A DNA stretch of 64,000 nt from Lytechinus pictus (GCF_037042905.1 NC_087263.1:13084001-13148000), one strand, 5' to 3'. Positions 12,786-26,500 are shown, counted from the first letter of the stretch. The notes: generated from the sequence alone by a model not told the origin. Numbers and translations: made by a program.

Positions 12786-14190
12786 GTGAATGAATGTGGG
12801 TGTGGAACATAGATCGGGGTGGGATTGAGTGTGGGTGTGGAACATAGATCAGGGTGGGAATAAGTGTGTGTGGAACATAGATCGGTGTGAGAATGGGTGT
12901 AGGTGTGGAACATAGATCAGGGTGGGAATGATTGTGCGACATAGATCGGGGTGAGAATGAATGTGGGTGTGGAACATAGATCGGGGTGGGAATGAATGTG
13001 GGTGTGGAACATAGATCGGGGAGGGAATGAGTGTGGGTGTGGAACATAGATCGGGGAGGGAATGAGTGTGGGTGTGGGATATAGATCAGGGTGAGAATGA
13101 GTGTAGGTGTTGAACATAGATCGGGGTGGGAATGAGTGTGGGTGTGGGACATAGATCGGGGTGGGAATGAATGTGGGTGTGGAACATAGATCGGGGTGGG
13201 AATGAGTGTGGGTGTGGGACATAGATCGGGGTGAGAATGAGTGTGGGGTGTGGAACATAGATCGGGGTGGGAATGAGTGTGGGTGTGGGATTTAGATCAG
13301 GGTAAGAATGAGTGTAGGTGTTGAACATAGATCGGGGTGGGAATGAGTTTGGGTGTGGGATATAGATCAGGGTGAGAATGAGTGTAGGTGTTGAACATAG
13401 ATCGGGGTGGGAATGAGTGTGGGGTGTGGAACATAGATCGGTGTGAGAATGAGTGTGGGTGTGGAACATAGATCGGGGTGGGAATGAGTGTGGGTGTGGA
13501 ACATAGATCGGGGTGGGAATGAATGTGGGTGTGGAACATAGATCGGGGTGGGAATGAGTGTGGGTGTGGAACATAGATCGGTGTGAGAATGAGTGTGGGT
13601 GTGGGATATAGATCGGTGTGAGAATGAGTATGGGTGTGGGATATAGATCAGGGTGGGAATGAGTGTGGGTTTGGGACATAGATCGGTGTGGGAATGAATG
13701 TGGGTGTGGGACATAGATCGGGGTGAGAATGAGTGTGGGGTGTGGAACATAGATCGGGTGGGAATGAGTGTGGGTGTGGGATATAGATCAGGGTGAGAAT
13801 GAGTGTAGGTGTTGAACATAGATCGGGGTGGAAATGAGTGTGGGTGCAAAACATAGATCGGGGTGAGAACGAATTTGGGTGTGGGACATAGATCGGTGTG
13901 AGAATTAGTGTGGGTGTGGAACATACATGTAGATCAGGGTGACAATTTAGTGTGGGACATACATGTAGATAGGGTGAGAATGAGTCTTGGGTGTTGAACA
14001 TACATTATATTGAGTGTGGGATGTGTGATAAATGTTGAGGTGAGAATTAGTGTGGAATGTGGGGTGGGGATCGGGGTGAGAATGAGTGTGGGGTGTAGAT
14101 GGGATGAAGAGCGGAGTGGAGATGAGTTTGGGACTGAAGGAGAAGATGAGATTATCGTGGGGATGTGGATTAGGGTGACTGTAGTGTTGA
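12786..14190. repeat. 35-bp G-rich minisatellite, 3' block (degenerate after ~13920)
   Basis: About 32 copies of the same unit, then a decayed tail. Confidence 0.95.
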
Positions 14191-16182
14191 TATTGGGGAA
14201 TAGTCTTTTTAAATTGAAGGGTCTAGGATGACTTGTCAATATAGAACAATATATTGAGGATGCTTGTGAGTTATACTCGCAAAAACCTCCAGGCAGGGTA
14301 GATGTCTCAATATGCAGCCTATGGTTCGTCTATTGTCTTCTGTACAGGAGATCTCCCCTATTCAAGAAGTTGTTCTTGTGCTAGTCCTGCGTGAAGGCCA
14401 AATTGTTGATGAAAGTTTGGATCAGGGCAATGGCATATCTAGGAGGTGCAAGTGAGCACGTGCCCCGGGCGCAACTTTCAACTTCGCAACTTTTCAGGAA
14501 AGGGGGGCAAATAATGAAAATGACAAGGAAAATGAAGAGAAAAGGTAAAGGAAGAAAGGAGCAGAAAGGGAATACCCCTAAATGTGATTAATACCCCCCG
14601 TCCTTTGCTATTACCATGATAATGCAGTTTCCAACACATTTACAAAATGAATTACTTACTTAATCTCTTCAAGAATTAAAAAAAAAAGTCCTCAAGATGT
14701 TTTTTTTTTCAAACGCAAATATCACAACTTTTCACCTCCAGCTGCGGATAAACTTCATCACGCGCTTATTTGATAAAGGAAATACAAATCCTCTTCATTG
14801 TTTTATTTTATTTATTTTTTTTACAAACATTTATTCAAATGTCCCTTTTTAGGTGAGGATAATTTATAAAACAAAAAATAACTCGCGCTTCGCGCTCACA
14901 TCACGCCGATAAAATGCGTATCCCCTTCATGAACTCCTACAAATTGTCCTTAAACTTTTCCACTTTTATAAGTATATTATGCAGATTATGTGATTACAAA
15001 AACCAAACTTATTTTATCCCTTGCCCTGGGTGCCGTTTGTCCTTGATACGACACTGGAATCAGGGTCTGCCCTTGCAGACTACGATGAGTATGGGTGGAG
15101 ACGTGAATCAAATTCCTATATATATATTTTTTTTTGGGGGGGGGGGCTTTTGATTTTGTAGTTGAAAACTGCACTGTCTATTTCAATTTCGTACTTAAAA
15201 AACAAACCGTTAATCTAATATTAACGTTCAAACTAAAAGAAAAGAACATGCACTTTATGTCAATTTCGCACTTCATAATAAAACAATAATTAATTTAACA
15301 ATAATGTTGAAATGAAACGAAAGCACTTGTGGAAGCTACTCTTAAGTATTCTTGAGACTGTTGAATGTTTTGATTTATTTATCATTGTAGTTTTTCATAC
15401 ATTGACTTCATGATAATACTTTTAAGAACATAAATAACATGCGGATTTTCAGCTAAAAACGAAAGAAGATCGATTGCTGTAATACATATATATTTGCATT
15501 TGTAAAATATAGGGATATGTTGCTCAAATCGTTGGTTTATTGGTTTTAATAATTTATTTATATATTCTAACAATATATAATACACTGCCTTTTCAGCTAT
15601 ATCGTGCTGATATTAAAAGGAGTCATGTGCATAAGAACAAAAGGAGCATTCAAACATAGTAGAATGATACCAAAACAAAAACACAATAAACATTTTTGTG
15701 TATGACTCCCATATTTACATGATTCCTTTTGTATTTCCAAGTTATGTTTTATGTTTGAAATGCAAAAATCCTCCAAATATGGGAGTTACAATTTTTTTAG
15801 GCTGGCGGTAGATCTTGTATTTACGTTATGTTTTTCGGATACGAAAGCACGTTAACCCTCTTCACAAAAAATCAGGTTAACGATTAAATGCAGTGCTTTA
15901 TGATTTCCTGAAATCAGTCGTAAAACGAGCCGCGAATCGGACGTTTAACATAAAGGCCGTTGTACCCCCCCCCCCCCCATAGTTTCAACAAATCTCAAAG
16001 TAATCGCTGCGTATGGTGTAACCTGTTCGCCATTAGTGTGTATGGCATAGTTATTATAGCTTAAAGTCATGTATTCGTCAAGAGCTAAGAATGTATGAAA
16101 GTTGTAGTCTGTAGGTGTTTATACTTTGTGCTTTCTTACCATCCCACGTACTCCCCCCCCCCCCCTCTTCTCCCTATACTAT

Positions 16183-16491
16183 GGCCGTTAGTCTGAAGTC
16201 GGGTTTAACTTAAACTCAGGTTCAAAATTGTGGTTTAAGTATGGGAAGCCAAAAGTATCAACATTTTCATTAAGTTGTATGTTTCTTATTTTTACTGTGC
16301 TCTTTCCTGATTCATCGATGGTGAAGACAATCATCTGTTTATACTTCGTACACAATTATGAATTACTTGAGAGCCGAATGAGCAGAAGTATGATATCTCT
16401 ACTGTTAGTGATTATGTAACAATTGGCTGTCCATACTTAACCACAACTTTAAACCTGAGTTTAAGTTAAACCCGACTTCAGAATACGGGCC
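16183..16491. mobile_element. MITE with ~45-bp TIRs (older relative at ~39846..40142)
   Basis: ggccgttagtctgaagtcgggtttaacttaaactcagg / cctgagtttaagttaaacccgacttcagaatacgggcc. Confidence 0.75.
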
Positions 16492-18593
16492 TATATGTCT
16501 ACACATCTGAGACCTTTTCTCACTCCCTCCCGATTTAATCTCTCCTCCCTCCTCAATCCCCCCCCCCCTCCTTTTCTGTATCTCACCCTCTCTCCCTCTG
16601 TACCTATCTATTTATTTATCTGTCTATCTCTCCATTTCTCTCTCTTTATCTCTCTCTCTCTCATCATATATACCATGCCTATGAGATGAGAACCTAGCCA
16701 CATGTTTCAAGAAAGAAGGATTAAAAATATAAATTACATAAGGGATTGAATCTGTTTAACTTATTAAGCAGGCAAGTATTTCAATCGATACCACGTGGAA
16801 TGTATGATGATATCATCTCTTTAAATGATGATGAAGTTAGAATTAAGTGCGAGAAGAATGGTGTGGTGATGAGGGGCAAGGGATAGAGAGAGGGAGAGAG
16901 AGGGGGGGGTATTGCTAAAGTAATGATTAATTATAAACAGATAAGACGAATGAAAGTGATAATTGTACATATTGTATACATCTATTCAATTCAATTCAAT
17001 TCGCATTTATTTCGTTCTGGGTTAAAAAATATACATAATACAAAATATAAGAAATTATTAACAAGCAAAAGAAAAAATGAAAATGAAATAGGGAACGGCA
17101 CAAAACATCAAGAGGCCTTGTAAAAGCGAAGTTCCCCAAACAGTGGTTAAGTAGAATACGTAGTAAAGAAAGGACAAGATAAAATACAAAGTATATCAAC
17201 GGAGACAAAAGAACAAAAAATTGCAAAACGGCGATCATGCGAAGTTAAAACATGGGCGACATTATCTGGAGGAAAATCAAAATATTGACAAATTTCTAAT
17301 TTAAACAAGAAAGGAAATTAAGATGTGTGACATCATCGACTGTCTTTATGCCCATTATGTTTATGATACCATTTCATGAAAAGTTAGCATCGCAAAATTA
17401 AAATTCCACTTTTTTATAAATGTTATCTGAATTTCATACAGTTATCTGCGTTATGCCTGCTAGAGTTTGTCGTATTCATTAATTCATTCAGAGTAATCCC
17501 CTATTACGGAAGACTCGTCCTTAATAGAAAAATAAGCATGCACAATACTCATGATAAAGTCATCGTTGTAGCTTTTTAAATTCATGTATCTGTATTCTTG
17601 TATTTCATTCATAGAACATTCTTGATATGCACGTTATATCATCTGTTTGTTCTAATACATGTGTTACATAGATCATCAGAAGAATAGAATTATCATAAAA
17701 ATGACAATTAAAATACTTTAACGAATAAAATTAAAAAGGCATTGAGAACTTAAAGTCAAGACTACCGTTGATATACTCTCACAATAATATTCGGAAATAA
17801 ATCGGGAATTGCAACTTATTTTCACATTTTCTTAATCGATATATATATTTTCAACATATTTACATCACTCCCACTGAATGTAAAAAAAACCTGACAAAAT
17901 ATAGTATATTTTCAATAACTTCCGATGTTCGCTAGATTTTTTAAAAACATAATTATACGTTTCATTTTATTTATATATACAGAGGTTTGATTGAAATTAA
18001 GCTTAAAGAATAAAGCAGAATATACTAGAATTAAATGATAATCATGATTATTGCAGTGAATTCAGTAATGCTATATACAAAACCATTCATTATTAAAACA
18101 AACTAACTTGATTTATTCTATTACTAGTCGTTTTAAACTGAACATTAATTAAGTCGTGATTAACACAATCGAGATGGAAGAAAACACGTACAAAAATGGC
18201 ACCTCTATGGTGGTGGATTTTGGGTAGAACACTGTGCCACAAGAGTGCAATCACTTGATTAACTAACAAGACAGTGGAAAATGAGTATTGTCAAATAATA
18301 TCTATAGTTACGTTAACCGTTGTGATAAGATCAGATCAGTTGAAAATGGTGCTGATGCCTTTACATTCCGAGGGTTGAATAATAATTTCATGATTTTAGC
18401 AGGTCCGGGTTGGTGTTTCAGCGATTCCCGGGGAAAGGGGTTTTGAGGTGCCCTCCCCCCCCCCCCCGCCCTCGAACTTCGAATTTGTACAACAGTCTAT
18501 GAGGGAGGGTCGTTTTGCCCCCCCCCCCCCCCCCTCCGCCCTCGACGGACCACAGATCTCTCAAAATCGTCAACCAGTGGATGTTTTCATTAT

Positions 18594-19180
18594 AGGGAAA
18601 TGAAACCTTTGAAACAAGATAGCTTGTACGAAACCAGAAAAAATCAAAGAAAAAGATAAACGAAAGTTTGAGAAAAAATGAATAAATATTAAGAAGGTAT
18701 TGAACATGTGAAGTTTCGATCATTATTGTAATGCTCATCATCCTATTGGCAATGCGACAAAGATATGTGATGTCACATGTGAACAACTTTCCCATTACTT
18801 TTGCATAACATATTTCACTTAAACTGCATCTTTTGTTACATATACTTGTAGATCATGTATTCTTTTGATAGGAGAGCATGTAATACATATTCTCAAAGAA
18901 TACATTATAGATACAGAGCTTGTATCATCATAGGAAAGAGCAAAAAGAGACATTTTGGAGGCAATTTATAGTCCATCAAAGGGAGAGTTGTTCACATGTG
19001 ACATCACACATCTTGGTCGCATTGCCAATTAGAGGATCTAAATTGCATTAGTGATTGCAATATTCAAATCCTCATTACTTTATCATTGTTTGTCCGATTT
19101 TTCTCAAACTTTCTTTGATCTTATTCTTTGATTTTTCCGTTTCCACACAAGCCCACTTGTTCCAAAGGTTTTATTTCCCT
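18594..19180. mobile_element. Non-autonomous DNA transposon with long imperfect TIRs (Kolobok-like family)
   Basis: agggaaatgaaacctttgaaacaag... / ...cttgttccaaaggttttatttccct. Inverted similarity extends over 200 bp, and the element resembles 54879..55475. Confidence 0.7.
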
Positions 19181-21249
19181 ATAGGCGGTTCCCTAAGTTA
19201 CAAAACACGCACATTTGCTGACATTAACACACTATGTTGGGCGTTATTTCATATTTTCAATCATTTTTAGTCCCATTACCAACAGTTGAAATATGATTTT
19301 CGTAGCATCTTTCTTTTTTTTTGGTAATCAAAATTTCGATTGTGGACTACCAGTATAAGGAATGCACTCCATCATAACAAAGGCCGGGTCACAATTCGCG
19401 CGCAAAGTTAGAGTAGCTTTCGAACAGCTTTATGAAATTTATATTGGTCGTTATGACGAAATCCTTGTCTCAATTTCGACTAGGACAAAAAAAAAGCTGT
19501 TGCAGAAAGTTTAAGGTTACTAGATTGTATTTAACAGGCCTGTTATTCTAGTTAAACATACAAAAATCGCTTATCACTAGATTCAGATGGTCTTTGGAGT
19601 GTATTGTAGGTTATGTGGTATCACTTTAAACTACCACATCTGCTAAACGATGAGGCAACCTCGAAAGGGGTCAAGGCAGGGTCTACAAAACGCCCAAACC
19701 ATTACTGTGTATTATTGCCTCCCTGCACTAAACTACTTGCATATGAACCGTTGAACTTGACTCCAATATGACGTTGCCATGAGAGAACAAAGAAAAATAG
19801 AAGTCATATAACACACAGTTCGCATGGAGGAAGGAAGCAGAATCGGTGCTTTCGAATACATGAATCACGCATTTCCTCGATAACAATACCAAACCTAACA
19901 GAATCCGATAAACGTTGAACTGGTCCGTCATAATGACTATATTCCCATGATTTGTATTTTTGATTTATAACATTAAAACAATCTACAGATCTTTATGCAT
20001 AATTATGTTTCAAAACTTTCGGGTACATGTGTTTGAAAATAGAAGGACTTAAGTAATATTGGGCGTAAACATATTTGATCAGTAGTAAAAAAGAGATAAA
20101 CATATTAACGTAAAACAAAACACATAACCTTATTTATCATTACGTTCACATAAAGGAGTCCCAATTAAAGTACATAGAATTATACACTGAGATCTATGAT
20201 AAACGATGGCTCTTAATTCCATCTACTCACACATGATAACAATGATATCGAGCTAAAAATTCACTTAAAACAAAGGACATTGCTATATATACGACTTCCA
20301 TGCACGCTAACTAAATTCCAGATAAATCAAACAAATACAGGAAAGGGGTCTTAAAAACATACAGCAGTTCGTAACACAGTTTTTATATAAAAATGTTATT
20401 TAAACAAGGGCCTAGTGACCGACACACTTTCATTGAGGTTAACAACTTTTTTCCGGTAGAGTAGACAATTAATTTGATTAAACAAAGAGGAAATGCATTT
20501 CCCAACACAATTGGAAAGCCCATATACACCCCTCCGGTAGTGCACATCGCACTCTGAACTTCTTTTTTTGTTTAGACTGTGTCACACCTTTGAAAATTTC
20601 CCCATGGACACGCGTGTGAAATAGCTGCAGCTAACAAAAAATTCATATAAGATATGGATAACAAACACATTTATTGCTAGACCGAAAAGCGACCACTTTC
20701 AATAGTGTCGAATAGTAAACTTGTCTTTAACAGATGATTTCGTAAAGATGGTAACTTTTCAATTGTCGTGACTGACATGGAAACCTTGATTATAATTTCC
20801 TGCTGAGCAATGTTACCTTCGTAGTTACCAGATTGGCAAAGTAAGCATAATCATAAACACTGGCGTACAGATGGGGGGGGGGGGGGCTTTGGGCCGCAGC
20901 CCCCACAAAAGTTTTCACGACCAAAAAGGGGAAAGAGGGGTGGGAGAATGGATGATATCATTTTCTGAATAGTATGTCATAATCACAAACTTAAAAAATT
21001 TCAACATTTTTGCTCCCTCGCTTCACTCTCTCGCAGATTTTTCGATATTTATTTTTCCGCCCCATACGCCATACCTGGCCCGCTCAAAATAGTAACCTCA
21101 TGACGCCACTGATTATAAGTTCGGTATGAAACGGACCCCTAATTCCCGTTTCATGAAGACTTGTTGTGATAACAAGTGCAAAGTTTCTATCAGCCCATCA
21201 AATCAAACGATTACAATGGCTTTGAACTGTTAATGTAAATTTGTTATTG

Positions 21250-21534
21250 AAATAATATTAATAATGGCTGTTTTTATAAAGCGCTTTTTACCTGAGGATA
21301 CAAAGCGCTGCTATTATTACCCCGACTTTAGCTCGAGCTACCATCACATGCGCTCAATGCATGCAAGGAATTACTCCTGCCGGGTATCCATTCACCTCGC
21401 CTGGGTCGAGTGCAGCACAATGCGGATACATGTCTTGCTGAAGGAAAACACGCCATGGCTTAATGGCTAGGATTCGAACCCACGACCCTCTGTTTGAAAG
21501 GCAAGAGTCAGACCCACTAGACCACGACGCGCCC
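21250..21534 (-). mobile_element. tRNA-derived SINE
   Basis: Minus strand: A box tggtctagtgg, B box ggttcgaatcc, central cttcagcaag...ctcgacccagg block, and 3' aagcgctttataaa plus (tta)n tail. Confidence 0.85.
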
Positions 21535-22078
21535 GCAAATGGACCCATGGAGACATGGTCCGGTTACACAAAGCTTAAAAATTGATTACACTCTGATGTT
21601 TACGATTGATTGCACATTATAATCCTTCAGAAGTAAGATTCAGCCCTCTGACTACTGGTGGGACTTGTGCATTGGATCTCCGTTTCAACAGACGACGAGA
21701 CGAAATGTGTTTTTATCGGATAGTTTTCATCGTTACTGTGCTTTTCAACCAATTAAAATCAAGAAAAGCTGTCAGATCCGATAACATGAATTACTTGTCG
21801 GACACAAATAATGATAAAACGCCCTACTTGACTTAAAAACAAGTAACATGGTCATATTTTGTTGGTTCTGACTAGAATAGTGCTTTTTCCCTTCCAGGTA
21901 ATTCGTTGGCATTATGAAAATTCCGGTATGTTTTTTGCTGGAGGCTTATCAAAAGATGTCAACTATACATAACAACAGTCACATAATCTCCTCATTTAGG
22001 CGAATCAGACGAGATCATTTTCAGAGTGAGAAATCTGAGAATTTCGCAGTTTTGTTAATTTCCTTTCCTTCTGTCGTT

Positions 22079-23575
22079 TTACCACGAAGGTGACGTCGTT
22101 CCGTCTAGTGCAGACGGGGTATTATCGTAATCTTTTAATGGCACGAAATTCTCGTATTCTTGTTCGTCCGATTCGACATGCCGGCTTCTTGACAGACTAG
22201 AAGAACATAACGGTGCCGACATCGGCGTTGAAACAGTAGACCCCGACTTCGTTAGCGGTGGACGATGCGGTAACTGAAGGGACCCTCCCCTGGTGATGGA
22301 TCCTCCTTTCGGTATTGACCCTCCGCGGCTCAGGCTTTGCTCGTTAAACGTCGTGGTCAGTGAGGGCGTCGTGTTCTCGTAGATGGACTCGTCGTCGGTG
22401 TACCGCGTCGGAGCGGAAAACAACTGGCTGAAGCGATTGAACTTCTCGCGGAAGAAGTTTGGCCGCTGTATCGCCGCCGCGGTTGTACCGGCACCGTGAT
22501 GGTTGGAGTTACTCCCCGCATTGTTACTTTGGAATCGTCGCTGTAATGGCGCACCGTTTTCTTCTGTCGCTGCGGGCACGTCGTCGTCGCTTTTGAAGCT
22601 ACCGCTGTAATCGATTTCGTAACCGCGGCGGCGTTTCTTTAAAGTACGACTTATACACCAAATAACACAGACTATAATGAGAAAAAGAACTGGAGCACCG
22701 CCAGCTGTTAAACATGCAATTAACACAACTGATTCTTTGGTCCATGGTGTCCTATCTTCAACCTCTTCTGTAATTATTAGCAGTACAGAAGCCTCGCTAG
22801 TGATATTATCTACTGTCCATGCTTCACAAGTAATAAGAGTTCCATTATCGGTCATGTTCAATCTGTCAAACGTCAGGTACCGGTGCCTGTGATCGTTTTC
22901 GTCGTCGACGATGATATGTGAGTCACCGTCGAATCGGTCGTCATGCTCCGGAAACTTCTGGCGCCCGTTAAGGAACCACTCATAGGTGCGGATCTCGGAC
23001 GCTGGTTGCCCATCGCATTTAAAGGTGTTGCTCTTTCCGACGTGGTGCTCCCCTGGCGAGCTGGTAATCGTCACCTCAGGGACAACCTTTAATGGCACCA
23101 ACGAACAGGTGGTGGTGTAGAGAATTTCGGACCCGTTCGTCGCCGCACAGAGGAATTCAATTCCGAAATCATCACCGGCTAAACGCCACTTAACGAGCAT
23201 CTCATGGCTGGCCGATAGTTCACTTAATTTTTCAGGATTCTCTCTCCGGAACCACGCGAGCTGGGGTCTTTCATCAGCTCTGCTGGAGGTACTCCCCCTC
23301 GCGGTGGTCGGAGATACGGTCCTGGTAGCAACTGTAGAACCGACAGATGATGCGTTACTAAGGAAGTTGCTAGGTGGGGTCAAATCTACCCAATTACATT
23401 CTAAGTTGACATACTGTCCTACGCGAAATGGTCTCACACCATCCACTGGTGTTGCCGAACATTCTAAACGATCACTTCTTAAGAGTCCATAAGTAAACGA
23501 AACACCGGTACACAAAAATAGCACCCTTAATAGCAAGCAACGTGGCACGTTAGCCATTATGATCTTCTTAACCAT
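22079..23575 (-). CDS. Intronless type I membrane protein with two Ig-like domains and a Tyr-motif cytoplasmic tail (498 aa)
   Basis: Uninterrupted GC-richer ORF with a signal peptide (LLLRVLFLCTGVSFTYG). Ig C-W-C patterns (LECNW..AWF..FLCAA; FKCDG..YEWF..DNGTLITCEA). TM segment VVLIACLTAGGAPVLFLIIVCVIWCI followed by basic KKRRR. Tail has IYEN, EYEN and DYDN. Confidence 0.9.
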   Translation of the reverse strand: MVKKIIMANVPRCLLLRVLFLCTGVSFTYGLLRSDRLECSATPVDGVRPFRVGQYVNLECNWVDLTPPSNFLSNASSVGSTVATRTVSPTTARGSTSSRADERPQLAWFRRENPEKLSELSASHEMLVKWRLAGDDFGIEFLCAATNGSEILYTTTCSLVPLKVVPEVTITSSPGEHHVGKSNTFKCDGQPASEIRTYEWFLNGRQKFPEHDDRFDGDSHIIVDDENDHRHRYLTFDRLNMTDNGTLITCEAWTVDNITSEASVLLIITEEVEDRTPWTKESVVLIACLTAGGAPVLFLIIVCVIWCISRTLKKRRRGYEIDYSGSFKSDDDVPAATEENGAPLQRRFQSNNAGSNSNHHGAGTTAAAIQRPNFFREKFNRFSQLFSAPTRYTDDESIYENTTPSLTTTFNEQSLSRGGSIPKGGSITRGGSLQLPHRPPLTKSGSTVSTPMSAPLCSSSLSRSRHVESDEQEYENFVPLKDYDNTPSALDGTTSPSW

Positions 23576-26500
23576 GTTAATTTCAGGAAAAGCGAACTTC
23601 TCACATCGATTATCAAACTGTTATGACTCCCCAGGACAGGATAGAAAGCTTAATTTTGAATGCCAATCCCACTTCTGATGTACAGATTAAATCAATACTA
23701 ATGTTCTTGAAAACAAGCATCTGTGGCAATAGTTTTTTTAGGGATTGAAGTTGCTGAACCAGGTGAAACAATTTCGTACGCTTCAAAAGTAGGGCTATTA
23801 GTCACACGGTTCCTTTGAATAATATCACATTCTGGATGTTCAAATCAAGTAATAACGCTCCAAGAACTCTGTTATTCAACGACCCAGAAAAACGATGTTG
23901 CTATTTGCTCTGCCAACTAAAACTAAATCACCAACCATGCCAGTAGGGAAAGTTTTCTATAGTCCGCCTCAGTGATGTATACTCCCTGTTTTATTTCCTG
24001 ATACGAGTTATGAAGCCTGACTACTTTACTTTCAGTTCGAGCAACAGGTTGTACAAGAATAGGTCGTTTGGGGAGTTTCCGATTTCTCTTAAACACGCTT
24101 CCGGACTTTATTGTTATTTGGTTGGTAGATAGTTCACCATAGCTACAGTGGATTGGTGATTATTTATTTATTATCGATTTAAAAGGTTGAAATATTCATT
24201 TTTGAAAGCTAAATTACCGTCTGGTCTACACCCTCTTCGTCTACGTTTTCGTTTGGTCTAGTCCCATTTGGTCTAATCTTATTTCGTCTACAACTACTTG
24301 TCTACTTCAGGAGCTATGGAACGGTTTTGAAAGTGGGGGGGGGGTGCCCATGCGAAAACATCACACTCAGATGGTCATTTGTACGTTTTGTACACTGGTT
24401 TGCTGACCCCTGTACTATAACCATTTGGTTTATTTGCCATTTAGTCTATTTCCGTTTGTCTAATGTCCAATTAGGCTATATCCATTTTGTATAATATCCA
24501 CTTGGTCTAACACCATTTACTCTGTATGATAAATACAATTTTAATTTGACTAAGTTTGAAACAATTAGACGCAGACCAACTGCTATTAGACCAATTGTGT
24601 TATGGTTGATTTGGTTATGCAATTTCCGCCGGTTATGTTCGTCGCGGGATCCATGACTTTGCCGTTTCATGGTAAAATTAAAGGTCTGAATATAGTCAGT
24701 TATTCGAAATGGGTTAAATGGCATTAATAAACATTCAAGTGCAGTTCGTTCCATGGCTTTGAAAATCAAACCGATAGAACGTCTGTTTGTTTGATTTTTC
24801 TTCTGCATTCATTATTGCTGCAAAAAAAATCGAAATAAGTTATCATCGCAATAACACATGATATAATAGTGAATGAAATATCCTAATTTTCGCATAGAAA
24901 TGTTAAAATAAAAGGATAGAAACAGTCCAATTATAGTTTATTGGAAAACAAAGATTTGCAGTGTGTCGCCCAACCTTTTTACGTACCTATCGATGGTATT
25001 GTCTTTAAAATGACATTTTCATTTCAACAATCGACCTCTAGAGTAACAACCAGATAACGGAAACAATCGTAACTTTATCATCAACAAAAGGTTTTTTAAT
25101 CGGCGCGATGATCGACCGGCAATGGTAGATTCGGGGAACTTTACACAATAATATTAACATCCTGATTAAGAGGATATATAGGCATTATAAGCGTGACATG
25201 CAAAATTACTGTTCATTTTTAGATTATTTTCGACAATCAAAACCAATGACAGTATCAGAGGGCGTTGACCCTTCCACTATACACTTCTCTTCACAAGGGG
25301 CGGATACAGGATTTTCCGAGGGGGGGGGGGGCACATTTTCCCGATGTAAATTTGACAAACCAAAATATAAGAATTTCACCTAAAATTTAAGGTAATTTCG
25401 TCCGTAAAAAATTGACAAGCAAAGAATGCCCTCGCTTTCAAAGGGGGGCACATTGGGCATATTTAAATTTAAAATTTTGATTGTGACTCTTAAAGTGGGG
25501 GGCACGAGCCAGATGCCCCCCCCCCCCCCCGGATCCGCCAGTGCTCTACCCTATACCTCTACAAAAACGATATGAAATAGAGAGCGAGCTGCAGCAATCC
25601 CTGTTTTGTCGAGGCTTTAAGGAATCATTAACTTTCTAACTTTTAGAGGGGTGAAACCACGATATATTGAAAGGAAGCAAGAGATAAAATGTGACGTCAT
25701 AGCCCCTCTTCCATTGAAAAATAGGGGTATTTTATGATATCTGTTCACTCCTTTTTTTAATGAAAATTCACTCGCAAAGAAAGTTGATTTTAATAACGGT
25801 AGAAAGTAAAATAAATATAGCAAAGGTCGGCCCAAAATCGACCAATGAATAGCATTTAGTTACAGATTTCCCATTTGCTCATAAAATTGAAGATGTTTCC
25901 TTCCATTCTATATCACCCTCAGTGTTTTATAGAAATTGAATCATATACATTCGGTCATAAGTGTAGAAGAAAAACACACAAATTAAATGTCGAATGGACT
26001 TTTCGAGACCATTGAAAACATACAAAATATAATTATTTACCAATTTAACCAATCTAATTTTGTCTTCTCCCCCCCCCCCCTCCCCCACAATAATGTACAT
26101 TTCTTTATATTTTGGTTGAATCCTACTCGGTTCATTTTCTATTGTGTAACGCTATACATTATTGTGGAAATAAATGATCTGATTTGATATAGAATTGTTA
26201 AGGTTCACGTAATATTTCAGCCCTTCAATTGTTACCTAGAAATACAGTCACGAGACAAAAGGTAAAATTATTATATTAAATGAGACAGGTCCCTTAATTT
26301 GTCACATGTCTAAATTTAAGAATTCAATATTTCGGTTTGCATGTTTCTCTCTTTCTTTTTACCATACATATTTGAAATATTATGTTTTGTGTTATGTTAA
26401 TAAAACAGTTTATACTGCATCATATTAAAGAAGGGAAAATTAACTTGACCTAGGAACCTGAGTTTGGTGATGGTACAAATAGCATGTGATGTCACAATGA

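Noticed and set aside
10646..14000. CRISPR-like 35-bp repeats
   Set aside because: The units are head-to-tail with no unique spacers, there are no cas genes, and the context is eukaryotic.
3499..14239. Many His/Thr/Pro-rich or Val/Gly/Cys-rich ORFs
   Set aside because: They are translations of the minisatellites in several frames and on both strands.
14190..14450. Coding-looking stretch after the minisatellite
   Set aside because: The three minus-strand frames contain stops, and no motif was recognised.
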